Source of the DNA: Macrostomum lignano
Taxonomy: Eukaryota
NCBI GenBank assembly: GCA_002269645.1
Contig: NIVC01000995.1
Coordinates: 186,001 to 250,000, forward strand
DNA: 64,000 nucleotides
Direction: 5' to 3'
Under the pieces are notes generated by a model. That model searched no databases and was not told where the DNA came from. It saw only the letters and a program-made list of their open reading frames with translations. Of the stretch, positions 24,286-35,566 are shown piece by piece (within the stretch, counting starts at the first letter, position 1; the number at the start of each line of letters is the position of its first letter). A program made the translations under genes and the position numbers.

Positions 24286-25350
24286 ATGGCGGAGGCTGCT
24301 GACGAAGCTGCGGCACCTCTGCCGCTGATCTGCCTGACCGTCTCCGTGCTGGTCACCTGCTGTCACGTGATCTTGGCGACGTCAATCTCGGAGCTGCGCC
24401 GCTTGTACAGCTGGCCGCTGCTGTCGCCACTGTCGCTGCACCTGGCCAATGGCGCCTCCCAGCTGGTCGCCTGCGGCGCGGAGCGGCTCGGTGCCGGCTG
24501 GACCGACTGGCTGACGGCGGCCAACGCCAGCGCTCACCTGTTCGGGCTGCTCACCGCGTCCTGGACTCTCAGCATCGCCGTGAGCTTCTGGCGACAGCGC
24601 CGACGGTGGCGGCGCCACTTGCACGCATCGGCTGCTGATGTCGACGCCAGCTGGCTGTCGAAGCTGCGCCGCCTGGCCATCAGCGCCCTGTTCGCCGCTC
24701 CCTTCCTGGCCGCGGGCCTGGCGGGCGGTCCGGCCGGCCTGGACACGGCGCGCTACAACGCCAGCTTGCCGCAGATTTTCCGGCGCCAGCGGAACTGCAG
24801 CGAGCAGCAGCAGCAGCAGCAGCCGGCGCCGCAGGCGGTGGACGAGCTGCAGCGGGCAGCGATGTCGCACGCGTGGCTGCTCTTCCTGCCTGCCCTGCTG
24901 GCCTACGGGCTGCAGCTGGCGCCGCTGCTGCCCGCCTCCGCAGCAGCCTCGGCAGCGAAGCTGGACGCGCCGGAGCTGTCAGCGCCGACCATCGCCGCCG
25001 CCTGCGTCCGCTGCCGGGCGCTGTCAAAGTTCGCCGCCACCAGCCTGGCGGTGCAGGCGAGCGGCCTGCTGTCCGTGGCCCGGTTCCGCGGCTGCGACGG
25101 CCCCTGCCTGTGGTACGCGCACTACATGCTGCAGGCGCTGCAGTCAATCTTCATCGCGGTCAGCTGCCTGCTGTCCCGCGGCCCTGTCGAGGCGCTGGCT
25201 GACGCCTGCAGCGGCGGCGGCGGCCTCGGCGGGCTGGGCAGGGAGGACACCAAGCTGGAGTCCGGCCTGGGCCGCCTGGCCGCGGCGATGAACTCGCGAA
25301 AGTCGCCTGGAGGTCAGCGGCGCTGCGCCTACCATAGAGCGGGCCGCTAG
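24286..25350 (+). CDS. Divergent 7TM receptor, family B (Methuselah/adhesion)-like, intronless, 354 aa
   Basis: Very GC-rich ORF with about 7 hydrophobic segments. ICLTVSVLVTCCHVILA..ELRRL, AHLFGLLTASWTLSIA and LWYAHYMLQALQSIFIAVSCLL resemble TM1, TM3 and TM7 of secretin-like GPCRs. An in-frame TGA lies 2 codons upstream of the ATG. Confidence 0.65.
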   Translation: MAEAADEAAAPLPLICLTVSVLVTCCHVILATSISELRRLYSWPLLSPLSLHLANGASQLVACGAERLGAGWTDWLTAANASAHLFGLLTASWTLSIAVSFWRQRRRWRRHLHASAADVDASWLSKLRRLAISALFAAPFLAAGLAGGPAGLDTARYNASLPQIFRRQRNCSEQQQQQQPAPQAVDELQRAAMSHAWLLFLPALLAYGLQLAPLLPASAAASAAKLDAPELSAPTIAAACVRCRALSKFAATSLAVQASGLLSVARFRGCDGPCLWYAHYMLQALQSIFIAVSCLLSRGPVEALADACSGGGGLGGLGREDTKLESGLGRLAAAMNSRKSPGGQRRCAYHRAGR

Positions 25351-25491
25351 AGGCCAGGGCAGAGAACAGGGGGGACATGTCACCTCCTGTAAAAGCTTTG
25401 CGGGGGAATTGCCAATGCTTTGTCCCCCCCAACCCCACCTTGTGACCCGTTGTAGTAATCAATAATTTTTCTTCAGGGCGCCAAAATAAGT

Positions 25492-25885
25492 GTCTGCGGC
25501 GCTAAAATGAGTGCCTGCGGCGCCAAAATGAGTGGCTGCGGCGCCAAAATGAGTGCCTGCGGCGCCAAAATGAGTGCCTGCGGCGCTAAAATGAGTGGCT
25601 GCTGCGGCGCCAAAATGAGTGGCTGCGGCGCCAAAATGAGTGCCTGTGGCGCTAAAATGAGTGTCTGCGGAGCAAAAATGAGTGCCTGCAGCGCCAAAAT
25701 GAGTGCCTGCAGCGTTAAAATGAGTGCTTGCGGCGCTAAAATGAGTGTCTGCGGCGCAAAAATGAGTGCCTGCAGCGCCAAAATGAGTGCCTGCAGCGCC
25801 AAAATGAGTGCCTACGGCGCCAAAATGAGTGCCTGCGGCGCTAAAATGAGTGGCTGCGGCGCTAAAATGAGTACCTGTGGCGCCC
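25492..25885. repeat. 21-bp minisatellite GCGGCGCCAAAATGAGTGCCT
   Basis: Seen directly. Confidence 0.95.
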
Positions 25886-26567
25886 AAAGGAGCGCTGACA
25901 ACACGAATCTCAAAATAATGGAAATTTAGGAATTTAGTCATGTACATGTTGAATTCTTGGTTTTGTCCCCCACCATAAAATCCATGGCGACGCCCCTGGC
26001 TGCCCACGTGGATCGGCCTTCCTCAGCCTTAGTTATGGTGGAAGGATGGCATCGCTTATGTTAGTCTGGCTGGCTCAACCATCTTGGATGAACTGCTTTT
26101 GTTACGTTTAAGAAAAACTTTTGGTCACGCGCGTTCTTCGCCTCTAAACATAGCAACGACCATCGAGCCTTCAGCCAATCAATTTTTGAAGGCCGATTCG
26201 AATTGGAACTCATCGTTATTTTGCACGCATTCAATGCTTCGTTTTAAACTTTTTATTCTCATTTCGCCAGAAGCAGCGGTATTGACCGCTCGCCCAAGAG
26301 CTCACTGCAAGTTTTCGGCCCCAGGGCATCAGATCAGATCGCGGTGCGGTCAAGGACCTCAGATGAATGAGAACTGGGATTAACCAGTAGCTATCAGCTT
26401 CCCTCGCACTTGTATACCCAGGAGAATATTGCATGCATAGCTGGCTACTGTTTTTGCTGTTCCAAAAGGCGCAAAAGTACATGCAGACATGCAGAGTAAA
26501 TTTTAAGCGAAAATTCTAAAGTTCTGCAGCATTAATATTCAGGGATATTCAAGGATATTAATAAATA

Positions 26568-27857
26568 CGAGGGGCACTATTAAAGTTCTGAGCCTGACCA
26601 AGATCTTATAGTGGCAAAGTGTTGAAACTTTAGGCTCTAAAAGCGCCACATGTTAATAGTCTATTGTCAACTTTTCAGAATTTTCTGCATTCCCTAAGTC
26701 CCACTGCACCATTTTATTTCCAGCACCCCATGGCATTTTCTCAAGAATTGAAGCTTGAGCACAGGGCAGTGATTAAATTTCTGACTCTGGAGGGCTCAAA
26801 GCCTGCTGAAATTCAAAGCCGCATGGCTAGTGTGTACGCTGACGCTGCCCCTCATACGCCACCATAAAGTGCTGGGCAGCCGAGTTCAAGCGTGGCCGCG
26901 ACTCGCTCGAAGATGACCCCCGATGTGGACGACCCCGGACTGCTGTCACTGCCGACAACATCCAGCGCATCCAGGCTCTGGTTGACAGTGACCAGCGGGT
27001 GAAAGTCAGGGAACTTGCGGCAGACACTGGACTCTCTGACCCGCAAGTCATTGAGATCCTGCACCAGCATCTTCATCTGTCCAAGGTTTCTGCCAGATGG
27101 ATCCCACGAATCTTGACAAGGGACCAAAAGACCGCACGGGTGCAGTACTCAAAGCTTGTCCTGGACTCCTACGATCCGGACCCTGCCAACTTTCTGTCCT
27201 GCTGCGTGACCGGGGATGAGACGTGGATCCATCACCACGATCCGAGTCCAAGCAGGAGTCCAAGCAGTGGCTGCCAGTTGGTTCACCTGCACCACTGAAG
27301 GCACGGACTGCATGCAGTGCGGGCAAGATTATGCTCACCGTCTTCTGGGATGCCAAGGGCCCGCTGCTGCTGGACTTTCTACCGCACAAGCAGACAGTCA
27401 CAGGCGCCTACTACGCTGACCTGATCGCCCGTCTGCGCGAAGCAATCAAGGAAAATAGGCGAGGGATGCTGAGCCGAGGTGTTGTGCTGCTGCACGACAA
27501 TGCACCGGCCCACACTAGCAGGATTGCCAAGGCTGCTGTCAGTGTCGCAGGGTTTCGAGAGCTGCCGCACCCAGCCTATTCACCAGACCTGGCCCCGAGC
27601 GACTTCCACCTGTTTCCACATCTCAAGCGGGCGCTCCGTGGACAGCGATTTGACACTGATGATGCGCTGAAGGATGCTGCAACTGCTTGGTTTGAGGGCT
27701 GCTCGGTGCAATTCTTCCAGAGTGGCATTGAGGCGCTGCGATCAAGATGCCATAGTGCATCTTGGTTGGGGGAGACTATGTTGAGAAAAGCTGATCTCAC
27801 TTTGCCCATATCTCCTCTCTTTCATATTAAGGCTCAGAACTTTAATAGTGCCCCTCG
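26568..27857 (+). mobile_element. Mariner (DD34D) transposon, full length, transposase frameshifted
   Basis: Perfect 28-bp TIRs CGAGGGGCACTATTAAAGTTCTGAGCCT with TA target duplications at 26566-67 and 27858-59. The transposase runs 26730-27794 with WIPRIL, GDETW, HDNAPAH and YSPDLAPSD (34 aa between D2 and D3). There are three 1-nt deletions at ~26850, ~27240 and ~27752. Confidence 0.95.
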
Positions 27858-28554
27858 TATGAATGAATATTTATCGATATTAATGGACACCAATGGGTAT
27901 TTTTGTAGACTCTGATTTGTAAACTGAGTTGAAGCGAGTGAGAAGACATCGTGAACTCTAAACTCTGGAGCATTGAACTCTCAGTGATCTGTATAGAGAG
28001 GCAGCACTTTAGCATGTCCCTGGTCTCTTGTCTCGAGTCAGTGGAATTCTGCCCCTGGGGCTCGCGGTAGCAGCAAAGCGAGTTAACCCCTCGGTTACTA
28101 GGAGAAGAAGATCGGATACGGAAGCTTCAATCCGCTCTTTGCTGGAGCAAATCACCGACCTGTACGCCTCATCTGTGCTCAAAAAAGTACACATTGAATG
28201 CTCTGGAATTTCCTCAAGTCAGCCAGTGCTCATGCGAGGGACAAAGCCTGTCCAGGCCTTCAAATCTGCATCTTATTAATACACCTGTGCTGGCCAATCT
28301 GCCTGCTGGCTCTCTCAGGGGACTGGAGTGGCCTCTGCAGCTGCCAGCACAGCAGATGAGAAGTCGAAATTACTTTGTAAGTAAACAGATTCACCTGACC
28401 GATTCAGGACCAATTTCCGAAGCGATTTTCTGAAACCAAATTGATTTCGTGAGGAAGTTCAGCGTCAAGGTACGGGTTGAATATGAAATAAATATGATGA
28501 ACATGACAGATACATGAATGAACATGATAAACATGATATAAACATGAATGAACA

Positions 28555-29030
28555 TCATACACATGAGAGAAACATGAGAGAACATGAGAACAGGACAGAA
28601 AAATAATAGAAACATGAGAGAACATGAGAACAGGACAGAAAAATGAGAGAAACATGAGAAAACATGAGAACAGGACAGAAAAATGAGAGAAACATGAGAA
28701 AACATGAGAACAGGACAGAAAAATGAGAGAAACATGAGAAAACATGAGAACAGGACAGAAAAATGAGAGAAACATGAGAGAACATGAGAACAGGACAGAA
28801 AAATGAGAGAAACATGAGAGAACATGAGAACAGGACAGAAAAATAATAGAAACATGAGAGAACATGAGAACAGGACAGAAAAATAATAGAAACATGAGAG
28901 AACATGAGAACAGGACAGAAAAATGAGAGAAACATGAGAGAACATGAGAACAGGACAGAAAAATAATAGAAACATGAGAGAACATGAGAACAGGACAGAA
29001 AAATGAGAGAAACATGACATAGACGTGAGA
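28555..29030. repeat. 40-bp minisatellite AACATGAGAACAGGACAGAAAAATGAGAGAAACATGAGAG
   Basis: Seen directly, ~12 copies. Confidence 0.95.
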
Positions 29031-29529
29031 GAACATGCAAAACATCCAAGAATACATACAAGAACACTAGAGGTCATCAGATATTGAAGCACAAATAAAC
29101 TCGGTTCCCAGAAGCAATATAACTGCTTCGACAATCTTAAGCCACGAATTATGCCCAGTTTAAGCATGCTCATCTCGAAAGATGTTTGGTGGATAGAGTC
29201 AGTCCGACAGAGCTGCTCTGTACTGCCGCGGGCTCATAATTTTGAGGATTTTACAGTGCAGAGCTGACCTGACAGCGGGGACACGGGCCCAGATGCAGAC
29301 ACGCAAGGGTGTCCCAATTAAAAACTGCAATCGTGTCCGCAAGTGCGCCAGCATTCGCAACACTTGGAGTTTTTATCGCCTTCCCGGGAGTTTGCGCCAA
29401 GGCCAAAAAGGATTTATGGCCCATAAAACAAGAAATTTAAAAAGCTAGGAAGAGAAATATTGCCAGTATTTTTATTTCGGATTGTAGAGGATTCACGAAT
29501 ACTGAGCATATTTGGCGATGGTATTTATA

Positions 29530-29700
29530 ATTACTCACTTAATTACTCACTCACTTACTCCCTTACTTACTTACTTACGACTCGCTTACCTAATGAATTA
29601 CTTACTTACTTACTCACTCATACTTTCTTACTCTCTGACTTACTCATTTACTTACTTACTTACTCACTTACTCATTTTCTTACTCACTATACATGCCTTA
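29530..29700. repeat. Degenerate (TTAC/TCAC)n microsatellite
   Basis: Seen directly. Confidence 0.85.
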
Positions 29701-30115
29701 CAAGACACAAAAGCCGAGCAGTCGCCAAAGCAACGCCCTCAGTCATTCTGGTCACGCACTCACATAAACTGAAGCTCATTATTCGATCTAATTAAGACTG
29801 AATTGCTACTCCAAGTTTCCAATCCTTTGCAGTAAATTTGATTGAAAGAGATCTTGGCGCAGCACGAATGCCAGAGTCATGGCGACCTTGGCAGCGCAAT
29901 GAATAGCATAGCTTGGCAAGTTCATCTGATACAAGCTACTACAAGTAGTTGCTGCTACTAAACGAAGGCATAAAAGACCTTGAAATGTATTCGATTGTAC
30001 TGTCGGACTAAGTCTTAGCCCTTGGTTACTATGCTGGATTATTAAAAGGAATTCGAAAATACAGGATCCGCGGCCAAAACCGACATGTCACGATCGGCCC
30101 AGCTTGTCCACCCAA

Positions 30116-31843
30116 TCAGAGCTCGTCGGCGTCGTGCTCCGCCGGCCGCCGCCACAGCTGCCGGCAGTCGTCGCCTTCCAGCCGGACAGAGCAGGCGAAG
30201 CCGCCGCCGCTCGGAGACAGCCGCTGGCCGGCACCGAGGCCGGCGGCCCGGCGGCGCAGTTCCAGCCGGCCGCGGTAGCGCCAGGCGCCGGCGGCCGAGC
30301 CGCAGTAGCTTAGCATCAAGCGCTGGCCTCTGGCCTCCTCGGACGGCCAGCTGAGCCGCCAGGCCTCCGTGACCGCCTGGCCGACCTTGGTGAGGCCCAG
30401 CAGCAGGGTGCCGTTCTCCGGCCAGGCCGCCACCACCCGGCGCTGCAGCTTCACTGGCGAGCCTTCGAATAAGAAGCCGCCGGTGGTCTGGCCGGCCTCG
30501 GCCTCCAGCAGCTCGCCGCGGCACGGATGACAGTCGTGGAACGGGTGGCCGCCGCGGACGGCCAGCCACAAGCCATCGGCTTCGGCCAGAGTGGCTGGGG
30601 GGGCCCAGGCCTGCGAGCATGATGAATAAAGTAAATTTAACCTGTTAGATGGCACCAAACATACTGGGACAACCTCACGAGACGCCTAATGATACACCTA
30701 ATGAGGCGCCTAATGAAGCGTCTAATGGGTAACACAACTAGACACCTAATGAGACACCCAATGAGACACCTAATGAAATGCCTAAAGAGACACTAATGAG
30801 CACATAATGAGACACCTGATGAGATACCGAATGAGGCACCTATTGAGACACTAATAAGGACCTAATGAGACGCCTAATGAGACACCTAATGAGACACCTA
30901 ATGAGACGCCTAATGAGACACCTAATGAGACACCCAATGAGACGCCTAATGAAATGCCTAAAGAGACACTAATGAGCACCTAATGAGACACCTGATGAGA
31001 TACCGAATGAGGCACCTATTGAAACACTAATGAGCACCTAATGAGACACCTGATGAGATACCGAATGAGGCACCTATTGAGACACTAATAAGGACCTAAT
31101 GAGACGCCTAATGAGACGCCTACTAATGAGACACCTAATGAGGCACCTAATCAGACACCTAATGAGGCACCTAGTGAGACAACCTAATGAGGTGCCTAAT
31201 GAGATGCATGATGAGACACCTAATGAGACGCCTAATGAGATGCATAATGAGACACCTAATGGGATGCCTAATGAGATGCATAATGAGACACCTAATATGG
31301 AACCTACAAAGACACCTAATGAGACGTCAAATGAGGCACCTAATGAAACGTCAAATGAGACACCTAATAAGACATCTAATGAGATCAAGACAATCTTTAA
31401 AATCTCTAATTCTTTATGCTTCAAGTTTAGACCTGCAGCTGTTCAGGCCGGCATTCGTCCTGATCCTCATCCCAATCCTTCACCCCGTCCGCCGCCGCAG
31501 GCGGACTCAACTCGACGCAGTTGTGCTCAGTCACGGCGCAGGTGAGAAAGTCGGTGAGCAGTTGCTCAGCCCGGCAGCGGTAGAGGCAGGCGGCAGAGCA
31601 GGTGTCGCCGGAGCCGCCGCAGCTGTGCAGGCAGGTGAGACAGGCGCGGCAGTCGGAGTTCACAGCGCAGGCGTAGGACTGGCCGGGGCAGCTGTAGGCC
31701 ATGCACCAGGCGTCGAGCGAGTGGCCCGCCGCTGCGGCCGCCGAACGCAGCGCGTCGATGGCAGCAGCGTTGGCCGGCGGCGCTGCCAGGTGTAGAAGCG
31801 GCAGGGCCAGAAGCAGAAATTGTTGCACAGCAAATTTCCCCAT
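30116..31843 (-). CDS. Violaxanthin de-epoxidase-like (VDE/VDR) Cys-rich plus lipocalin protein, ~301 aa, with signal peptide and C-terminal ADEL
   Basis: Exons 31433-31843 and 30116-30610 (GT-AG, phase 0). A hydrophobic leader is followed by a 12-Cys domain, CMAYSC..CAVNSDCRACLTCLHSC..CSAAC..FLTCAVTEHNCV, whose spacing matches the VDE N-domain as I recall it. WLAVRGGHPFHDCHPC matches the VDE/VDR lipocalin strand-A motif. Confidence 0.75.
30670..31385. repeat. Degenerate 12-bp minisatellite GAGACACCTAAT filling the VDE-like intron
   Basis: Seen directly. Confidence 0.9.
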
Positions 31844-32194
31844 TCTATACAAGTAAATAGGTGGAACTTTCGCTAGTGTAGAATTTCAATTTTAAATACG
31901 CTCTGCGCAAACATGAGCTGCGCTGGCGGACTCTTGGCACCGCAGAGATCAAATTCCAATATAATGAAGATAACGACGCTCGAATCCTTTGGTAGCAGAG
32001 CAGCGGGCTTGCTGTTGCAGAAACTATTAATAGCACCATAGAAATCTATTGCACCACTGGGACACTACTTACTGTGGTCGGATGGTCAAAGTCTAGTTGG
32101 CTGGTGGGGTTTTAATTTAAATACGAGCGTATGTATGCATTTGTATTTTCGAATTTATGTAGATCAGCTGAATTTTTTAGGGCTGATAGTATGG

Positions 32195-33000
32195 GGAGGG
32201 TTGACTGCTCAACCTGGGGGTCCGGGAGGGTGACTGCTCAACCTGGGGGTCCGGGAGGGTGACTGGTCAACCTGGGGGTCCGGGAGGGTGACTGCTCAAC
32301 CTGGGGGTCCGGGAGGGTGACTGCTCAACCTGGGGGTCCGGGAGGGTGACTGCTCAACTTGGGGGTCCGGGAGGGTGACTGCTCAACCTGGGGGTCCGGG
32401 AGGGTGACTGCTCAACCTGGGGGTCCGGGAGGGTGACTGCTCAACCTGGGGGTCCGGGAGGGTGACTGCTCAACCTGGGGGTCCGGGAGGGTGACTGCTC
32501 AACCTGAGGGTCTGGGAGGGTGACTGTTCCTGAGGGTCTGGGAGGGTGACTGCTCAGCCTGAGGGTCTGGGAGGGTGACTGTTCCTGAGGGTCTGGGAGG
32601 GTGACTGTTCCTGAGGGTCTGGGAGGGTGACTGCTCAGCCTGAGGGTCTGGGAGGGTGACTGTTCCTGAGGGTCTGGGAGGGTGACTGTTCCTGAGGGTC
32701 TGGGAGGGTGACTGTTCCTGAGGGTCTGGGAGGGTGACTGTTCCTGAGGGTCTGGGAGGGTGACTGTTCCTGAGGGTCTGGGAGGGTGACTGTTCCTGAG
32801 GGTCTGGGAGGGTGACTGTTCCTGAGGGTCTGGGAGGGTGACTGCTCAGCCTGAGGATCTGGGAGGGTGACTGTTCCTGAGGGTCTGGGAGGGTGACTGC
32901 TCAGCCTGAGGTTCTGGGAGGCTGGCTGCTCAGCCTGAGGATCTGGGAGGCTGGCTGCTCAGCCTGAGGTTCTGGGAGGCTGGCTGCTCAGCCTGCGAAC
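32195..33000. repeat. Minisatellite grading from a 29-bp unit GGGTCCGGGAGGGTGACTGCTCAACCTGG to 26-bp variants
   Basis: Seen directly. Confidence 0.95.
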
Positions 33001-33656
33001 TTAGGAGAGGTACAGTACCATCGCAACGAGAAGTTCCCAGTCAGAGTTAAAAAAAGCGAGACAAAATAGCGGAAACAATCAAAGCAGATTTTGCAGCAGG
33101 ACTGCGACAGACAGTAAAAACGGATTCAGACAAAAATAGATATAAAAAAGCCGGGGGCGGGCTGCGAAAATGTATTTGAATTCGGTGAAAAGCAACTGGG
33201 AAGATACTTGGGTCACAGATGTTAGGCCAAGAGATTCCAGGCCAGTCATGCGAGCGATAAAAATGTTATTATTAATATAAAAAAACTTTTATTAAACATG
33301 GGTTAATCAACTTGCTGCGATTTTGCTTTTAGAAGAAGCAATTTTACAGAGAAGCAGACTAATAGAAGCCACGAGAGAAGAAGGAAGATTTATTGGCAAA
33401 GACGCGACATTAAAAAAACACAAGTAAAACTGTACAGACACAGGTAAAAGAACGAGTCCAAGCAGATCCATATTGAATCGTTGGCCTGATAAGGTTGGGA
33501 TAATTTCAAACACGATTAATAAACACTTACTGGCTGGAAGCATTTATTTTTTTCTATTATAGCTTTTTCACACTGCATTTTGACGGAAAACATTTTGGAG
33601 GCTGAATTCATGTGCAACAGCGAATTTATAAAGACAAGTAAACATCAGCGAAAGTA

Positions 33657-34964
33657 CGAGGGATACTCTAAAAGTTTTGCAATTCGACTATTTAAAGTTA
33701 ATTTTGCCAAACTTTTCTATTACAATCCTTCAAAGTAGGCTCCCCGGAACTGCAAACACTTGTGCGCTCGTCCGAGCCACTTGTTCATCAAGCCCTGGAA
33801 GTCTTCAATTGGGATGCCGTCAATCGCCTCCTTCGCCGCCTGCTCCAGCTCCTCGTCGGACTGAAACCTGCGCCCCCTAAGCGACTTTTTGATTTCTGGA
33901 AAGAGCCAGAAGTCGCAGGGGGCGAGGTCTGGTGAGTAGGCCGGGTGTGGTAGCGTTGAAATGCCCTCTTGGTCCAGGAACGCTCGAGTTGCAGCAGCCG
34001 TGTGGGCGGGGGCGTTGTCATGGTGAAGCTTCCGCCCTCGCATTCCCGTCCTTGGCGCCCTCTGGGTCACGCTGTCGATCACGACTGGCAAGCACTCTTC
34101 AGTGTACCATCGAGCAGTGACTGTAGCTTGACCCTCCAGCTTCACCATCGCCACCACGCCTTGTGAGTCGAAGAAGATGGCAAACATCCGCTTGCCCTGG
34201 GACCGGGACCGCCTTGCTTTCAGGGGTCGTTGACCACCTTCCGGCACCCACTCTGCACTGCTGCGCTTTGTCTCGACGTCAAAATGATACAGAAACGTCT
34301 CATCACCAGTGATGACCTCAGAGCGGCGCTGATGGCTCCCGTGCTCATATCGATTGATGAGAAACTGACAGAACTCCATGCGGGCCTGTTTTTGAGCATC
34401 TGTCAGGATGTGGGGTATCCATCGGGCACAAAGCTTCCTGACTCTCAGGTGATCGTGTAGAATCGTATCGACCGCTGCCGATCCAATGCCGACATTCATA
34501 GCTAGCATGTCCGTGGTGATTCGCGGATCCTGATGAATCAGCTCCTGCACTGCAGCGATGTTTTCCTCCGTCACTGCTGTCGGAGGTCTCCCGGGCCGGG
34601 GGTCGTCAGAAAAGCTGGTCCTGCCGGCCTGGAACTCGCGGTACCAGCGTGTAACCGTAGCATATGACGGCGCTTGAGCCCCCAATGTTGCTAGTAGCTC
34701 GGCATGAGTCTCAAGCGCCGTGAGCTTTCGCTTGTGGCAGTACCAAATTAGTAGCCGATTCTGCTCACGATTCAATTCCATGGCTGCAGCTGTACAGTTA
34801 AGGAGTCTCTGACTTTGACTGGGGGCTGAGCAGGCGTATATGTATGAATTCACTTGAAAATTGAGGTGGGGACTATGTACATGTTTATTGTACAGAGAGT
34901 TGGTTTTGAAGATTGTGCGACTTGCGCAAGTGGTTGAATTGCAAAACTTTTGGAGTATCCCTCG
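33657..34964 (-). mobile_element. Mariner (DD34D) transposon with an intact 353-aa transposase (33720-34781)
   Basis: ~31-bp TIRs CGAGGGATACTC(T/C)AAAAGTTTTGCAATTC with TA duplications at 33655-56 and 34965-66. The ORF is uninterrupted, with an HTH region, WIPHIL, GDETF, HDNAPAH and YSPDLAPCD. Confidence 0.97.
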
Positions 34965-35257
34965 TATATCTATGCAAGGATTAATTTATCTTAATAAATA
35001 TATAAAAACGGTTTGCTGTACATGCATGGGGCGTTGGCCACATCAGATATAAATGTCTATTTGCAATACACAAGTAATATTGAGATCATTCTCTCAGAGC
35101 ATGCTCAAAGCTCGCTACTAACACAGAAGATAGTAGCATAGGTAGCACTAACAGACAGAAATATATTCTAGTTGCTAAGATGCCATTTTAAGGCCAGTGG
35201 AACTTTGAAGCGAAATTCCAGGCTTGGATGAATTAGCCCAACTGACAGGCTGTTTAC

Positions 35258-35490
35258 CTGATCTGACAGACTGAGTAACTGATCTGACAGACTGAGTAAC
35301 TGATCTGACAGACTGAGTAACTGATCTGACAGACTGAGTAACTGATCTGACAGACTGAGTAACTGATCTGACAGACTGAGTAACTGATCTGACAGACTGA
35401 GTAACTGATCTGACAGACTGAGTAACAGATCTGACAGACTGAGTAACTGATCTGACAGACTGAGTAACAGATCTGACAGACTGAGTAACC
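35258..35490. repeat. 21-bp minisatellite CTGATCTGACAGACTGAGTAA
   Basis: Seen directly, just 3' of the phosphatase stop codon. Confidence 0.93.
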
Positions 35491-35566
35491 GACCCCTGAC
35501 AGACTGGTTATCTGAAAGAACGGCGCGACACATACAAACAGTCAGTTTAATTGTATATTGTGATAT

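Noticed and set aside
24382-25462. Overlapping antisense and alternate-frame ORFs over the 7TM gene (likewise at 3.8-5.0, 30.0-30.6 and 62.4-63.2 kb)
   Set aside because: Shadow ORFs of very GC-rich coding sequence.
26568-34964. Composite transposon of two mariners mobilising the VDE-like gene
   Set aside because: The two elements have different TIRs and transposases and each has its own TA duplication, indicating independent insertions.
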